From assembly GCA_050015075.1 (NCBI GenBank), contig JBEKCB010000004.1, positions 32,001 to 96,000 of the forward strand: DNA of 64,000 bases. The letters are read 5' to 3'. The notes beneath the pieces were generated by a model. It saw only the letters and a list, made by a program, of their open reading frames with translations. It was not told the DNA's origin and did not search any database. This DNA comes from Candidatus Brocadiia bacterium (lineage in GTDB: Bacteria; Planctomycetota; Brocadiia; CAIUPP01). Both the position numbers and the translations under genes were made by a program. Shown one piece after another: positions 1-9,730 of the stretch. The number at the start of each line of letters is the position of its first letter. Within the stretch, counting starts at the first letter, position 1.

Positions 1-475
1 TCACAACGGCGTCCCATTGTCCCTTCAGACCGTCCAAGACCATCTGCACGGTTGACTCTGGATCGCTGCTAAGAGCGGGGAGATTCGAGTCGCGCCAGTG
101 GTTGGCGAACAGAACGAGATCCGGCGAAAACGCGTATAATCCGGAGGTCGGCTTCACCACCTCTTGGGTGAGCGCCCCGTAGGGAGATGCGTAGATTTCC
201 AGCGCCAAGCCTTCCGACCAGGCAAGCACCCGCAAGATCGGCAGGTGGAACATGACGGTGTGATTACAAAGGTACGCGACCCGACACGCGCGACTGATGC
301 CCGGAGGTGGAGACTGCTTGTGCAATCGGTCGAACAGTTCCGCGGCCTTGGCGAGGAAACCGTACGTCTCGGGTCCCGTGACCACGGCTTGACGCAAGGC
401 AGCATAGGCCCCCATCACGTCACCGGCTCGGCGGCGTTCCCGTGCTAATTCCAGGATATTCTCAGCAGAGGGCAT
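1..475 (-). CDS. FkbH-like (HAD-IIIC) protein, N-terminal part; runs off the window
   Basis: Not in the ORF track. Manual translation from ATG at 475 (overlapping the upstream stop) gives MPSAENILELARE...RVAYLCNHTVMFHLPILRVLAWSEGLALEIYASPYGALTQEVVKPTSGLYAFSPDLVLFA, which resembles the N-terminal domain of FkbH-like proteins. Frame is open to position 1; ACP context fits. Confidence 0.7.
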   Translation of the reverse strand, partial: MPSAENILELARERRRAGDVMGAYAALRQAVVTGPETYGFLAKAAELFDRLHKQSPPPGISRACRVAYLCNHTVMFHLPILRVLAWSEGLALEIYASPYGALTQEVVKPTSGLYAFSPDLVLFANHWRDSNLPALSSDPESTVQMVLDGLKGQWDAVV

Positions 476-1886
476 GATCGTTCGCCATGGTGCGCAAATG
501 TTCCAAAAGGATCGGAACGGGGTCCCGATTCTCGCCCGGCATGAAACTGACGGTCTGATCGGTGGCCATTCGGGGTAGCCTGGGCTTGTGGATGATGAGG
601 CCCGGATGGGCCTTCTCCAGGAACCGGCAGAGCCCTTCCCCAGCCATCTTGGCGGTCGCGTATTCGCCCATGTCCGGCGGGAGTTCGTCAATGAACGCAG
701 TGGAAGGATACAGCACCCGCTGCAACCCGCGGCGGATCAACGGCTCCAACATCCGATGAAAGCCTAGAACGTAGTAGTTGCAGAACGTTTCGAACAGCGA
801 ACCGGAAAATACCCCGTTCTTTCCTCGGGCGATGAAAGGCGAAGCCAGGTAATACAGGTGAGTCGGAGTCCATTCGGGCCCCAGTACGCCACCCATATTG
901 GAGGCGCAATCCAGAACATCGAACGGAAGACAACCGGCATGACCGCCTGCCGAAGTGATCTCGGCGACTACTCGACGAGCGTCCGCGGCTCCCCGATGAT
1001 AGGTGAGTCTCACCTCCGCGCCGCCGGCGGAAAGGAGTTTGGCGGTCACTTCACCGAGACCGCGGGAACCGCCAATGATCAATGCCCGTTGGCCGGCAAA
1101 CTCACTGCGGTTGACGGTATCATGAAGGGCTCCATAACTGACCTGGTCCTGGGGAGGCGGACGGAAGAACGCGGTCACGACGCCGGTCATGTTCGGCGAA
1201 CCGATGTCCATCATCGCGACGCCGTAGCGCGTGTCAAGCTTCGTGACCCTGTAAGTCATGACAGGAGTTATGTTCGCATCGGCCCGGAACAGAATGTCCA
1301 GAGACGAATAGAGAGAGTACAGTCCGGGGCATTCCATACCCACGAGCCGCGTTGTTGCCAGCAACTGGGCGACCCGCAGCGGGGGCATAGCGGCGGCCAG
1401 ATGTGGAAAAAGCCGGGCGGAAGCCTGAGGATTCAGATACAGAGGCAACGTTCCCGAGGCGTTTTCAGCGTCGCGCATTGCGAGGACTCTGGGCTCTTGG
1501 CGTTGCGGAAACCCCACAGCGAAAAGGTCCAGATCCCGGCTGGACGAGGGGTGCCAATTGACCTTGATCTTTGTGGTCACGGACTGGTCAACGAGCAAGT
1601 GAAGTTGGGCTTGATCTGAGCGTTCGGTCACCGGGGAGCAAGTGACGACATCGCCCAACCGAATTGGCCTCGTGAAGGCCGCATGAATTGCACTGACGGA
1701 GACCGGAAGGGGACGATCTCGCAGCCACACGTCCAACCCCCACAACAGGGAGTGGATGCCATGCACCACAGCCGCCCCAAACATCGAGCGGCGGGCAACG
1801 ACCGGGTCGATGTGGAGGGGATTGTAGTCACCGGAGAGTTCGGCAAACGCCAGTTGATCCGTCAAGCCAAATGTTCGCGTTGTCAT
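462..1886 (-). CDS. MaoC-like dehydratase fused to an SDR reductase domain
   Basis: N-terminal FAELSGDYNPLH...VVHG hotdog motif; C-terminal IIGGSRGLG Rossmann motif and YATAK (YxxxK). Confidence 0.85.
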   Translation of the reverse strand: MTTRTFGLTDQLAFAELSGDYNPLHIDPVVARRSMFGAAVVHGIHSLLWGLDVWLRDRPLPVSVSAIHAAFTRPIRLGDVVTCSPVTERSDQAQLHLLVDQSVTTKIKVNWHPSSSRDLDLFAVGFPQRQEPRVLAMRDAENASGTLPLYLNPQASARLFPHLAAAMPPLRVAQLLATTRLVGMECPGLYSLYSSLDILFRADANITPVMTYRVTKLDTRYGVAMMDIGSPNMTGVVTAFFRPPPQDQVSYGALHDTVNRSEFAGQRALIIGGSRGLGEVTAKLLSAGGAEVRLTYHRGAADARRVVAEITSAGGHAGCLPFDVLDCASNMGGVLGPEWTPTHLYYLASPFIARGKNGVFSGSLFETFCNYYVLGFHRMLEPLIRRGLQRVLYPSTAFIDELPPDMGEYATAKMAGEGLCRFLEKAHPGLIIHKPRLPRMATDQTVSFMPGENRDPVPILLEHLRTMANDHALC

Positions 1887-1901
1887 CGCTGTGCCGAAGG
1901 T

Positions 1902-2135
1902 CTATGAACTCAGGGGTTCGAGAACGGACAGCATATCTCTGACGGACTTGATCTTGGCCACCTGATCCGTGGTGAAGCGCATGCCGAATTCAGACTCTAT
2001 GCTTAGCACGAGGCGGACGGTGGCCAGGGAATCCCAATCCCCGTAGAATGAGGGGGAAAACTCCGGCGTCAGCCGGATGGACGGATCGTCGAACACGTCC
2101 TGGAAAACGTTCTGCAGCTTCTCGATCGTGGTCAT
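1902..2135 (-). CDS. Acyl carrier protein
   Basis: 77 aa, acidic, WDSL phosphopantetheine motif. Confidence 0.9.
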   Translation of the reverse strand: MTTIEKLQNVFQDVFDDPSIRLTPEFSPSFYGDWDSLATVRLVLSIESEFGMRFTTDQVAKIKSVRDMLSVLEPLSS

Positions 2136-2144
2136 CCGATATCG

Positions 2145-3161
2145 CTAACTCCATTCAATGGCCGCAACACTCCAGGACAGCCCGTTGCCGAACCCCGACA
2201 GCACGAGTCGGTCGCCCGGCTTGACTTTGCCCTGGCGCAACGCCTCGCTTAACAAAAGGGGCGAGGACGCGCCGGCGGCGTTCCCGATGTTCTCCATGAA
2301 ATAGAACCTCTTTTCCGGCGGCACGTTCAAAGCCCGGTAGATCATGTCCACCATGGTTTTGTTGGCCTGGTGAAGCAGGACGAGGCGGCAATCCTCCACA
2401 GCCCAATTCCATTTCGACAAAGCGAACTGGATCGCCTCGGGCACGGTGGTCATGCTGAAGTGAAAGACGGCGGGGCCATTCATCTGCAAGTGTTCGGCCG
2501 TAGTGACGCTGCCGGTATCGGTGACGATTTCCCTGCCGGTATCCGCAGTGCGTTTGGCCCGGGCGCCTGAAACCGGCATCACGATGTGTTTCCATCCGGT
2601 ACCATCAGTTCCGAAGTGGAAGCCATGCAGCCGGCCGCCGCCGGCAGACCGGTCGAGCAACGTGGCAACGGCGGCATCACCGTGCAGCGTCACCAGAGCA
2701 CGGTCCTTGGGATAGAGCACTTGAGTGATCGCGTCGGCATTGAGTACGAGTGCCCGATTGGCCGCGCCGGTTTCCAGGAGACCGTTCGCGACGCTGAGGC
2801 TGTAAGGAAAGGCGCTGCAACCCTGGTTGAGATCGAAGCAGGCGCAGTTCAGGCGAAGTCCCAAACGTTCGTGCAGGACGCAGGCGGTGGCCGGGATCTG
2901 GTAGTCGGGGGTCTGTGAGGTGAAGATGAGCAGATCAATGCTTTGCGGGTCGCAGTGCTGTTCAGTCAACAACTGTTGCGCGGCACGCGTCGCCAGGTCC
3001 GCGGCCGTCTCGCCGGGCGAAGCGATTCGTCGCTCTGTGATGCCGGACATCTTCGAGATCGAACGGACGGCCTTCTCACCGAACCGCAGATACAAATCCT
3101 CATTGGTCAGGCGTCCTTCCGGCAGGCAGTACGCCATGGCTTTGATGTAGGCCACTCTCAA
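2145..3161 (-). CDS. Ketoacyl-ACP synthase III (FabH-like)
   Basis: DLNQGCS, HQAN and GN motifs give the Cys-His-Asn triad. Confidence 0.9.
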   Translation of the reverse strand: MRVAYIKAMAYCLPEGRLTNEDLYLRFGEKAVRSISKMSGITERRIASPGETAADLATRAAQQLLTEQHCDPQSIDLLIFTSQTPDYQIPATACVLHERLGLRLNCACFDLNQGCSAFPYSLSVANGLLETGAANRALVLNADAITQVLYPKDRALVTLHGDAAVATLLDRSAGGGRLHGFHFGTDGTGWKHIVMPVSGARAKRTADTGREIVTDTGSVTTAEHLQMNGPAVFHFSMTTVPEAIQFALSKWNWAVEDCRLVLLHQANKTMVDMIYRALNVPPEKRFYFMENIGNAAGASSPLLLSEALRQGKVKPGDRLVLSGFGNGLSWSVAAIEWS

Positions 3162-3847
3162 TTCTCCAAGGTCGCCGCACGAACGGCGGCGGCGTCGTGA
3201 CGGAATGCGCCCAGCGTAAAACTCATTCCATGTCCGGGATAAACAACGGTATCGTCGTCAAATTCGCTCAGAATTCTGGAGACGCTCTCCCGCAATGCCG
3301 GCTTGTTGCTGCCGGGAAGATGAGTGGGCGATGTAACCTTTCCAAGGAAAGTGTCACCGGTGAAGAGCGCTTGTCCAATGGCAACGGAAACTCCGCCGGG
3401 CGAATGTCCCGGCGTCGGAAACGCTTTGACCTTTCCGGTGCGCCACGGCAGTTCCCAGTCCATTTGCTCCCAACTCCACTCCGCAGGTTCGCAGATCAAG
3501 CGGGGCCCCTCATGGTAAGCGGACAAGTTCTTCTTCGGATCGGTGATCGACTGGATGCAGAGCTCGGAACACACAACGGCGCTCTGGTATCGCTGGCGAA
3601 GCGTATTGACTCCACCAATGTGATCGAAGTGTTCGTGAGTCAAAAGGATGTACGGCACATGTCGCACACCGGCGGATGCCAAGGCGCCCAATAGCGGCCC
3701 GATGTCGGGATCGCCCGGATCAACCACCAGCGCCTCCCGGTGGGACGGGGAGTGGACCACATACGTGCAGGACGAAAACACCGATGACACCAATTGTGTA
3801 ATGTGTAAATTATGACTAGCGCGGCATTGCATAGAATGTCTCGTCAA
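3158..3847 (-). CDS. Metallo-beta-lactamase fold hydrolase (glyoxalase II-like); start uncertain
   Basis: THEHFDHIGG, TPGHSPG, FTGD and YPGHG motifs. Confidence 0.85.
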   Translation of the reverse strand: MTRHSMQCRASHNLHITQLVSSVFSSCTYVVHSPSHREALVVDPGDPDIGPLLGALASAGVRHVPYILLTHEHFDHIGGVNTLRQRYQSAVVCSELCIQSITDPKKNLSAYHEGPRLICEPAEWSWEQMDWELPWRTGKVKAFPTPGHSPGGVSVAIGQALFTGDTFLGKVTSPTHLPGSNKPALRESVSRILSEFDDDTVVYPGHGMSFTLGAFRHDAAAVRAATLEN

Positions 3848-4916
3848 TCATGCTGTTCAAGAAACGTCGCAGGTGATAGCGATACCCGAGACCGTCTGTC
3901 AGCTCTCTCACCAGTAACGGCAACGCGTAGAAATCCTCGGGGTGATGGTAGACTCTTACCGCCAAGCCGGGGCGATGAGCCCGGATGGTTTCCCGTGCAC
4001 CGCGCAGAATGCCGGCCTCCGATCCCTCAACATCCATCGTTATCAATGAAGGCCGGAAATTGAAAAAAGCGTCGTCGATTGACACGGCCTGGACCATGGC
4101 GTCACCCTTGCCAATCCCCCCCATTTCGCCATCCATCGAGAAGCGAAGCTGCTCAGTTTTCTCCGACACAGCCAGCGGGTAGGCCTGCGCTCCTGGTACG
4201 TTGCGGACAACCTTTGTTAGTTTGGCGTAGTTGGTGGGATTGGGTTCCAGTCCCGCGTAGGCTTCAACGGTGTAGCCGGCGGCTTCTGCCGCGGCCAAGT
4301 CCGCCCCGTCATACGCACCGCATTCAAGGAAGCGAAGTGGTTCTGGCCAACGTCCGACTTCTTGGTCGCAGAAGTACGAGTAGATCTCGTGATACTGCCA
4401 ACTGGCCAGTGAAGCGCCATAACGCTCAGGTTTCTTCAAACGCTTGTAGAGTGTTCCCGGCGGCAGGAACGATATACTCCGTTGTTCATGGGCTTTCACG
4501 CAGGCCTTGTACAATTCACGGCTAACCTCATCGTCCCAAATGGATTCTGCTTGGGCAATTTCCTCATCGCGTCCGGCATGAACGTTGGGACCTCCCATCC
4601 ACAGCCATGGGGGCAGCTCTCGCCAGTGGAAGTTGTAATATAACTCAACGGAATACCACTTCTCGTTTTCTAACATCGTGATTATGCTGCGCAACCGTTC
4701 TCCGGGATGGTCAACCGTGACGAGCAAGCGCAGGGTGGAACGCTTTTCCGGCGGGAAATCAGCCGAGCGAAGCACTGGAACACCTTCGAATTCAGTCAGG
4801 CCGGTGAAATCATCCAAGATGGCAACAATGGGCCTGTGGTTCTTCTTCAGGAATCTGACTGCTTGCTGACCAAGAAATGCGCTTCCGAAAACTACAATAC
4901 CGACCTCATTCTTCAT
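3816..4916 (-). CDS. FkbM-family methyltransferase with N-terminal Rossmann-like domain
   Basis: ECGAYDG, LEPNPTN, MDVEGSE...GARETI, VYHHPED motifs. Probable start is MKNEVG at 4916. Confidence 0.85.
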   Translation of the reverse strand: MKNEVGIVVFGSAFLGQQAVRFLKKNHRPIVAILDDFTGLTEFEGVPVLRSADFPPEKRSTLRLLVTVDHPGERLRSIITMLENEKWYSVELYYNFHWRELPPWLWMGGPNVHAGRDEEIAQAESIWDDEVSRELYKACVKAHEQRSISFLPPGTLYKRLKKPERYGASLASWQYHEIYSYFCDQEVGRWPEPLRFLECGAYDGADLAAAEAAGYTVEAYAGLEPNPTNYAKLTKVVRNVPGAQAYPLAVSEKTEQLRFSMDGEMGGIGKGDAMVQAVSIDDAFFNFRPSLITMDVEGSEAGILRGARETIRAHRPGLAVRVYHHPEDFYALPLLVRELTDGLGYRYHLRRFLNSMIDETFYAMPR

Positions 4917-5023
4917 GTAGTCTCTCGTGCCGATCCTGTTAAGTCGTATGTCGCTGTTTCCAGTATTGTTCCTGCAATTGCGAGTAAATGCCGGTAAGGG
5001 TGAGACTGGCCTGGGTGATGATT

Positions 5024-5782
5024 CTAGTGAGCCGTGTAACCGCCATCCACCACCAACGTTGAGCCGGTAACCCATTTTGCCGCCGGGGAGAGCAGGTATG
5101 CAATCGCGTAGGCAACATCGCTCGGATCACCGAGCCCCATGGGATGCTCACGTTCGATGGCAGCCACGTAGTCTTCTGTCAGACCCTTGGTAAATTGGCT
5201 GGACATTTCGCCGCGGATCATGCTCGGGGCGACGCAATTCACGCGGATTCGCTCACGAGCCAACTCCATCGCCAAGGAGCGCGTCAGCGCGATAATCGCC
5301 CCTTTGGAGGCGGAGTAGGCGGACAACGCCGGTTGGCCAACCAGCCCGGCCACGGAGGCGAGAAATACCACCGATCCGCCTGGGTTGTTCACGCCGCGCT
5401 GCCGGTAGCCCTTGGCCAACCAGAGGCTGGCGGTCACGTTGACCCGCCACAATTGTTCCACCGGTGCCGGTTCCAGCGTCTTAAGAGGCAGGCCGATGTG
5501 CAGGCCGGCGGAATGCACCAGACCGTCGAGGCTGCCATGCTGTTGGGTCAAATCTTTCAGCCACGCCGGGATGTTCTCATAGGCGCTCAGGTCGAAGACA
5601 CTCGTGACATGGCCGTTGCCGGTCAAAGCGCTGTGTGTGGACTCGAGCCGCTCCTGATTCCGGGCCACGAGGATGATACGCGCCCCCATTTGGCTCAGGA
5701 CAATCGCCGTTTCACGCCCGATACCTGAGGAGGCGCCCGTGACCAGTATCCTGCGCGCCGTCAGTTCAAAGGGATTCAACAC
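5024..5782 (-). CDS. SDR oxidoreductase (FabG-like ketoreductase)
   Basis: TGASSGIG, YSASK, VNCVAP and VDGG motifs; GTG start overlaps the upstream stop. Confidence 0.9.
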   Translation of the reverse strand: MLNPFELTARRILVTGASSGIGRETAIVLSQMGARIILVARNQERLESTHSALTGNGHVTSVFDLSAYENIPAWLKDLTQQHGSLDGLVHSAGLHIGLPLKTLEPAPVEQLWRVNVTASLWLAKGYRQRGVNNPGGSVVFLASVAGLVGQPALSAYSASKGAIIALTRSLAMELARERIRVNCVAPSMIRGEMSSQFTKGLTEDYVAAIEREHPMGLGDPSDVAYAIAYLLSPAAKWVTGSTLVVDGGYTAH

Positions 5783-6867
5783 CGCCAGGCCTCGGATCTG
5801 TTGACCAGGATGACCGGGGGCGACACAAGCGGGCCACAACTCACGGCGCAGGCACCCCATGAATATCCAACACCGAAGCCCGCCAGCAACAGGCGGAGCG
5901 GCCGGGAACTGATCTCCTCGCGCAGTTGCGTGGTGATGGTGAGCGGTATTGATGAAGAACTGGTGTTTCCGTATTCCCTCAAAGAGAAGGGCACTTTGTT
6001 GAGCGGCACCTTCATGGCTTTAGCCAAATGGGTGAGCATGAATTTGTTGGCTTGGTGAAAGACAAAGTCATCCACCTCCTCCATCTTCCACCCGGCAGCC
6101 GTCAGCGCTCGGTTCACAAGGGGCGGGACCTCCCGGATGGTGAAGGCAAAGACTTCCGCTCCGTCCATGTATAGGTCCTCGGCACTTCGTTGATTGTCCG
6201 CTTCCGCCTTCCGCCGAATATGGGTTGTCTCGTCCTGCGGATGCCGGGAGTACTGCAGCCCGGTCGGGATGATCAGGTTCTTCCAGCCGGTCCCGTCCGT
6301 TCCAAGCGAGAAGACGCACGGCCCGACTGCGTCGTCCTTTTCCAAGGCCGTGGCGGAGCCGGCGTCACCGAACAAGAGGCTGAGGGCACGGTCCAATGGC
6401 GACGAAAGAAGGCTCGCAGTGTCGCCGGCCAACACAAGCACCCGCGACAGACCGGACCCGGCAATCAAACTGGCTCCCAGCCAGAGACCATAGACATATC
6501 CCGAGCAACCGAGCGCCACGTCGAAGGCCGCGCAGGAATGCGGCAGCCCCAATCGCATCTGTAGGACGCAACTGGTGGCCGGGATACACGGGAAATCGGG
6601 GGTTTGCGTGACGAACACCAAGCCTTCAATGCTCTCCGGACTCCAGCGGAGTTCCTGCAGCAGGCGTTGCGCCGCCGCATAGCACAGGTCCGAACTGCAC
6701 AACCCAGGAGTGGTCAGGTGCCGGTATTCGATGCCCGTGTTCATGGAGATCTTCTGCACCATCTCGGCCCCGAAGATATCCGTAGCCGCCGACACTGGCG
6801 CGCGCGTGTCCGGCACGGCGCTGGCAATGCCCGCCACCCGAACACCTGGTATCTTGGCGGTCGCCAC
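5776..6867 (-). CDS. Second ketoacyl-ACP synthase III (FabH-like)
   Basis: DVALGCSGY, FHQAN, YGNTSS and GFGVG motifs. Confidence 0.9.
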   Translation of the reverse strand: MATAKIPGVRVAGIASAVPDTRAPVSAATDIFGAEMVQKISMNTGIEYRHLTTPGLCSSDLCYAAAQRLLQELRWSPESIEGLVFVTQTPDFPCIPATSCVLQMRLGLPHSCAAFDVALGCSGYVYGLWLGASLIAGSGLSRVLVLAGDTASLLSSPLDRALSLLFGDAGSATALEKDDAVGPCVFSLGTDGTGWKNLIIPTGLQYSRHPQDETTHIRRKAEADNQRSAEDLYMDGAEVFAFTIREVPPLVNRALTAAGWKMEEVDDFVFHQANKFMLTHLAKAMKVPLNKVPFSLREYGNTSSSSIPLTITTQLREEISSRPLRLLLAGFGVGYSWGACAVSCGPLVSPPVILVNRSEAWRC

Positions 6868-6871
6868 GGAA

Positions 6872-7096
6872 CTACTTTTTCTCCACGAGTTTCATCAGGT
6901 CCGCAACGCTCTTGCATTGACGGAGATCGGCTGGCGCGACTCTGGTCCCATATTTCTCGTCCGCCATGGCCAGAAAGCTGACAAGGGCCAGAGAGTCCCA
7001 CCCCTGCAAACTGCCAAGTGGCGTCGCCAAGTTGAGCGACCCGGCGTCCGCCTCCAGCAGTTCTTCCAGGCGTGCGATGAACTCTTGTTCATTCAT
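6872..7096 (-). CDS. Acyl carrier protein
   Basis: MNEQEFIARLEELLE...GWDSLA motif. Confidence 0.88.
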   Translation of the reverse strand: MNEQEFIARLEELLEADAGSLNLATPLGSLQGWDSLALVSFLAMADEKYGTRVAPADLRQCKSVADLMKLVEKK

Positions 7097-7197
7097 TCCA
7101 CGTCCCCGCATGTTGTGCTGTCGCTGGAGAATGGGTGGCAATCCAGAATTCCCCAGACGACCGAGGGTCCAAGACCGTCAGCGACCTTGTCGCCGAC

Positions 7198-7226
7198 ATT
7201 ATATCATCACACGAACACAAGAGCAA
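7198..7226 (-). promoter_or_regulatory. Putative sigma70 promoter of the ACP/FabH operon
   Basis: TTGCTC-N17-TATAAT, with TG at the extended -10 position. Confidence 0.55.
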
Positions 7227-7268
7227 GTTTGCGAGGGTTCCGCCATCATTGGAGGATCCCTCCACTAA

Positions 7269-7450
7269 CAGGCTGCTAAAAGTTGACTTGACACGCATGT
7301 TATACTTCCGTGCAAAGGGTTCGAGTTTGGGAAGGAGCACCCGATGCGCGGAGACAGCAGCGAGCAGTTGCCGATCTACTTTGCGATTAATGTGGAGGCC
7401 GAGCTTCCGTCGAATCACCCGTTGCACGAGGTTCATCGGCGGATCGAGCC
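7269..7450 (+). mobile_element. Truncated IS5/IS1182-like element: left end plus transposase N-terminus
   Basis: CTAA|CAGGCTGCTAAAA terminus-like sequence, AAGGAG RBS, then MRGDSSEQLPIYFAINVEAELPSNHPLHEV, resembling the 'MRG...VPADHPLR' transposase start. Confidence 0.65.
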
Positions 7451-7485
7451 GCCCCGATTTGATTCAGCCCCGGCGGAAGTCGCCC

Positions 7486-8391
7486 TCATCGCGCCGCTCC
7501 GCGAGAAGCCCTCTGCCGGCCGCCGAGCAGATAGCGCAGCAGCGCTTTCAGCCGGATGAAACGCCCCCGGCGGAAACTCGATCCGCCCGGGAGCGGGAAG
7601 AGACAGAACGACTTGAGCAGCCTCGTCAGCGCCTTCCGGCGCTCCCCCTGAACGAAATACACCCAGGAGCAATCTGCGCAGGCATTGCTGTAAGCCATTG
7701 CTTTGAGAACGTAGCGGTGGCGAGCCTGGGGCCAGTCGAAAGCCTTGTCCAGGACGCGCAGGAAGTTGCGTTCCATGGTCGCGGCGTTCTTGCTCATGTT
7801 CCCGGGATGGTGACGGATCGTCACGTAGTCGCCGACGAGCACGCCGATCTTCCCGCCGTCGCGGGTCAGGCGGAGCATCATGTCGCGGTCTTCGACGCTT
7901 CGCAGGGTCTCATCGAACTCCCCGACCTCGTTGAAAAGCGACTTCCGCATCAGCGCCGTCGAGCCGAACCCGGGGCCCGAAAAGAAGCAGTCCTCAAAGC
8001 CGAGCGCCTCCGTCGCGCCTTTCGGCCACGTACTCCAGCAGACGACGGCCTGATAACCTTGGGCGATGGCCAGCGACATCTGCGCGGCGATTTTCTCCGG
8101 CTTCCACGTGTCGTCCGAGTCCAGGAGCGCCACGTACTCTCCCCGCGCCGCGCGGATGCCGGCGTTGCGCGCGCCGGAAAGGCCGCGGTTCTCCTGGTAG
8201 AGGTAGCGGATGCGCCCGCGGTAAGGCTGCAAGCGCTCTGCGGTGTCGTCGGTCGAGCCGTCGTCCACGACGACGACCTCCACCGGCGAATAGGTCTGCG
8301 CCAGGGCGCTCTCCACCGCCTCGGCGACGAACCGGCCATAGTTGTACGTCGGTATGACGGCGCTGACCACCGGATTCGCCTCCGCGCTCAT
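7486..8391 (-). CDS. Glycosyltransferase family 2
   Basis: VIPTYN, VVDDGSTD, ARNAG, LDSDD and VEDRD motifs. Confidence 0.92.
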   Translation of the reverse strand: MSAEANPVVSAVIPTYNYGRFVAEAVESALAQTYSPVEVVVVDDGSTDDTAERLQPYRGRIRYLYQENRGLSGARNAGIRAARGEYVALLDSDDTWKPEKIAAQMSLAIAQGYQAVVCWSTWPKGATEALGFEDCFFSGPGFGSTALMRKSLFNEVGEFDETLRSVEDRDMMLRLTRDGGKIGVLVGDYVTIRHHPGNMSKNAATMERNFLRVLDKAFDWPQARHRYVLKAMAYSNACADCSWVYFVQGERRKALTRLLKSFCLFPLPGGSSFRRGRFIRLKALLRYLLGGRQRASRGAAR

Positions 8392-9140
8392 CGGCCGTGC
8401 CCCCGCGCAATGACGTCGCGAGAGAACTCCACTTGGCGCCGGGCCGTCTGGCCGATAGAGAAGTTAAGGATGTCAATAAACGCGATCTCCAATGCTTCCG
8501 AGACGACCTCAGGGGCAGTCATATACTGAGCGTCTTCCTTCCGATTGCGGAAACTATCCTGGATAAAATGTCCGAAGGCTTCATTCAAACTATCCAAGGC
8601 CCAACGGCCGAGATTCGCGGAGTCAGCAACTGGCAGCGATTCCAAGAGGGGAACGAGAGCCGACGCAAACGCGTCATCATCGGGACTCATATTGAGACAT
8701 GGACGGGGGCCAAAGGCTTCGATCTCATCAGGAAACTTCGCAGTAATCTCGGAGAAGACCTCATGTATCGCAGCTGCGATCCTGCGCGGGTTGCCGCACT
8801 TTATTTTGGCGAGCTGCTTCAGATAGTCGAGAGACAGCCTTGTCGTTGCCGAGGCGGGTGGATGGCGGGCATCGAGTACCCTCAAGACTAGGAGCTTGCA
8901 CATCTCATCCAATTTGGCGTTCGCGTCATTAAACTGTCCGATGCGATGGAATACCTTACGCAGTTCACGGAGAGCGTTGTAAAAGGTCGCATAGGAGCCA
9001 CGTTTGGCGTCGGAATCTAGTTCCTCTGGTCGGTGAGACTGACGCCCAGGTTTATTCGTCTGAAGTCGTGGCGAGTCGTGATCGTCAAAGAGATCGCCGC
9101 CAGAAGTGGTGCCGCGACCAATACCTGTTCGAGTGGCCAT
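8388..9140 (-). pseudogene. N-6 DNA methylase (HsdM-like) N-terminal fragment joined to a GT4-like C-terminal tail
   Basis: LNEAFGHFIQDSFRNRKEDAQYMTAPEVV resembles the G-Q-F/Y-x-T-P region, but the SAM-binding and NPPF motifs are missing. The tail NFSIGQTARRQVEFSRDVI resembles a GT4 end. Confidence 0.6.
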
Positions 9141-9208
9141 CCTTCCTTGCCTCTTTCTGTAATGCTGATATGCTACCGCTTCTGAGGAGATTGTTTCAAG
9201 TGCAGGCT

Positions 9209-9580
9209 TTACCCTGCGATGCTTGAGGCGATTCGACACATCTCTGCATCATCGAGCGGCGGCGGGCAGCGGTCGCGGTTTACCCGGAGCAGCGCCGAAG
9301 AGACTCCGTCTCCGTCATCCCGGACCGGCGCATGGTGCCGGCGAGGCTCGCCAGGGAGTCGTTCCTCCGTCCCTCTTGTATCAGATTGTCGCCCGGCTTT
9401 CCGTTGGCGGCCGGGGCCGACGTGGCGCGGCGTGTGGCCACCACGTTTCGATCTGTTTCTGGTCTGTGGTCGCGTTCTGGAAGCCGCGCGGTGTGAGCGG
9501 CTTCTTCGTTCTTGGTATACAGGGGAAGACTCGGAAGTCCATTTCCGCGTACCGCAGGGCGGCATCGCGCAGGTGACCAT
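9209..9580 (-). pseudogene. Degraded bifunctional primase-polymerase (Prim-Pol) with PriCT-like segment
   Basis: AALRYAEMDFRVFPCIPRTKKPLTPRGFQNATTDQKQIETWW in one frame and ALLRVNRDRCPPPLDDAEMCRIASSIA in another. Confidence 0.7.
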
Positions 9581-9664
9581 TGAGTTCAGAATCGCTCAGG
9601 CCTTGGTCCCTTCGCGGTTGGGATTCAGGAGCGTTTGTAGTCTCACGATGTCGGCGGACGAAAA

Positions 9665-9730
9665 CAGGCGAGCGCCGTTCCGTGTTGTAGTAGCTCACCC
9701 ATGACTGCACCACGTAATTCATCTGCGATT
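9665..9730 (-). mobile_element. Short integrase-core (IS transposase) remnant
   Basis: QMNYVVQSWVSYYNTER resembles the 'YV-x-HYNxERPH' end of rve cores. Confidence 0.4.
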
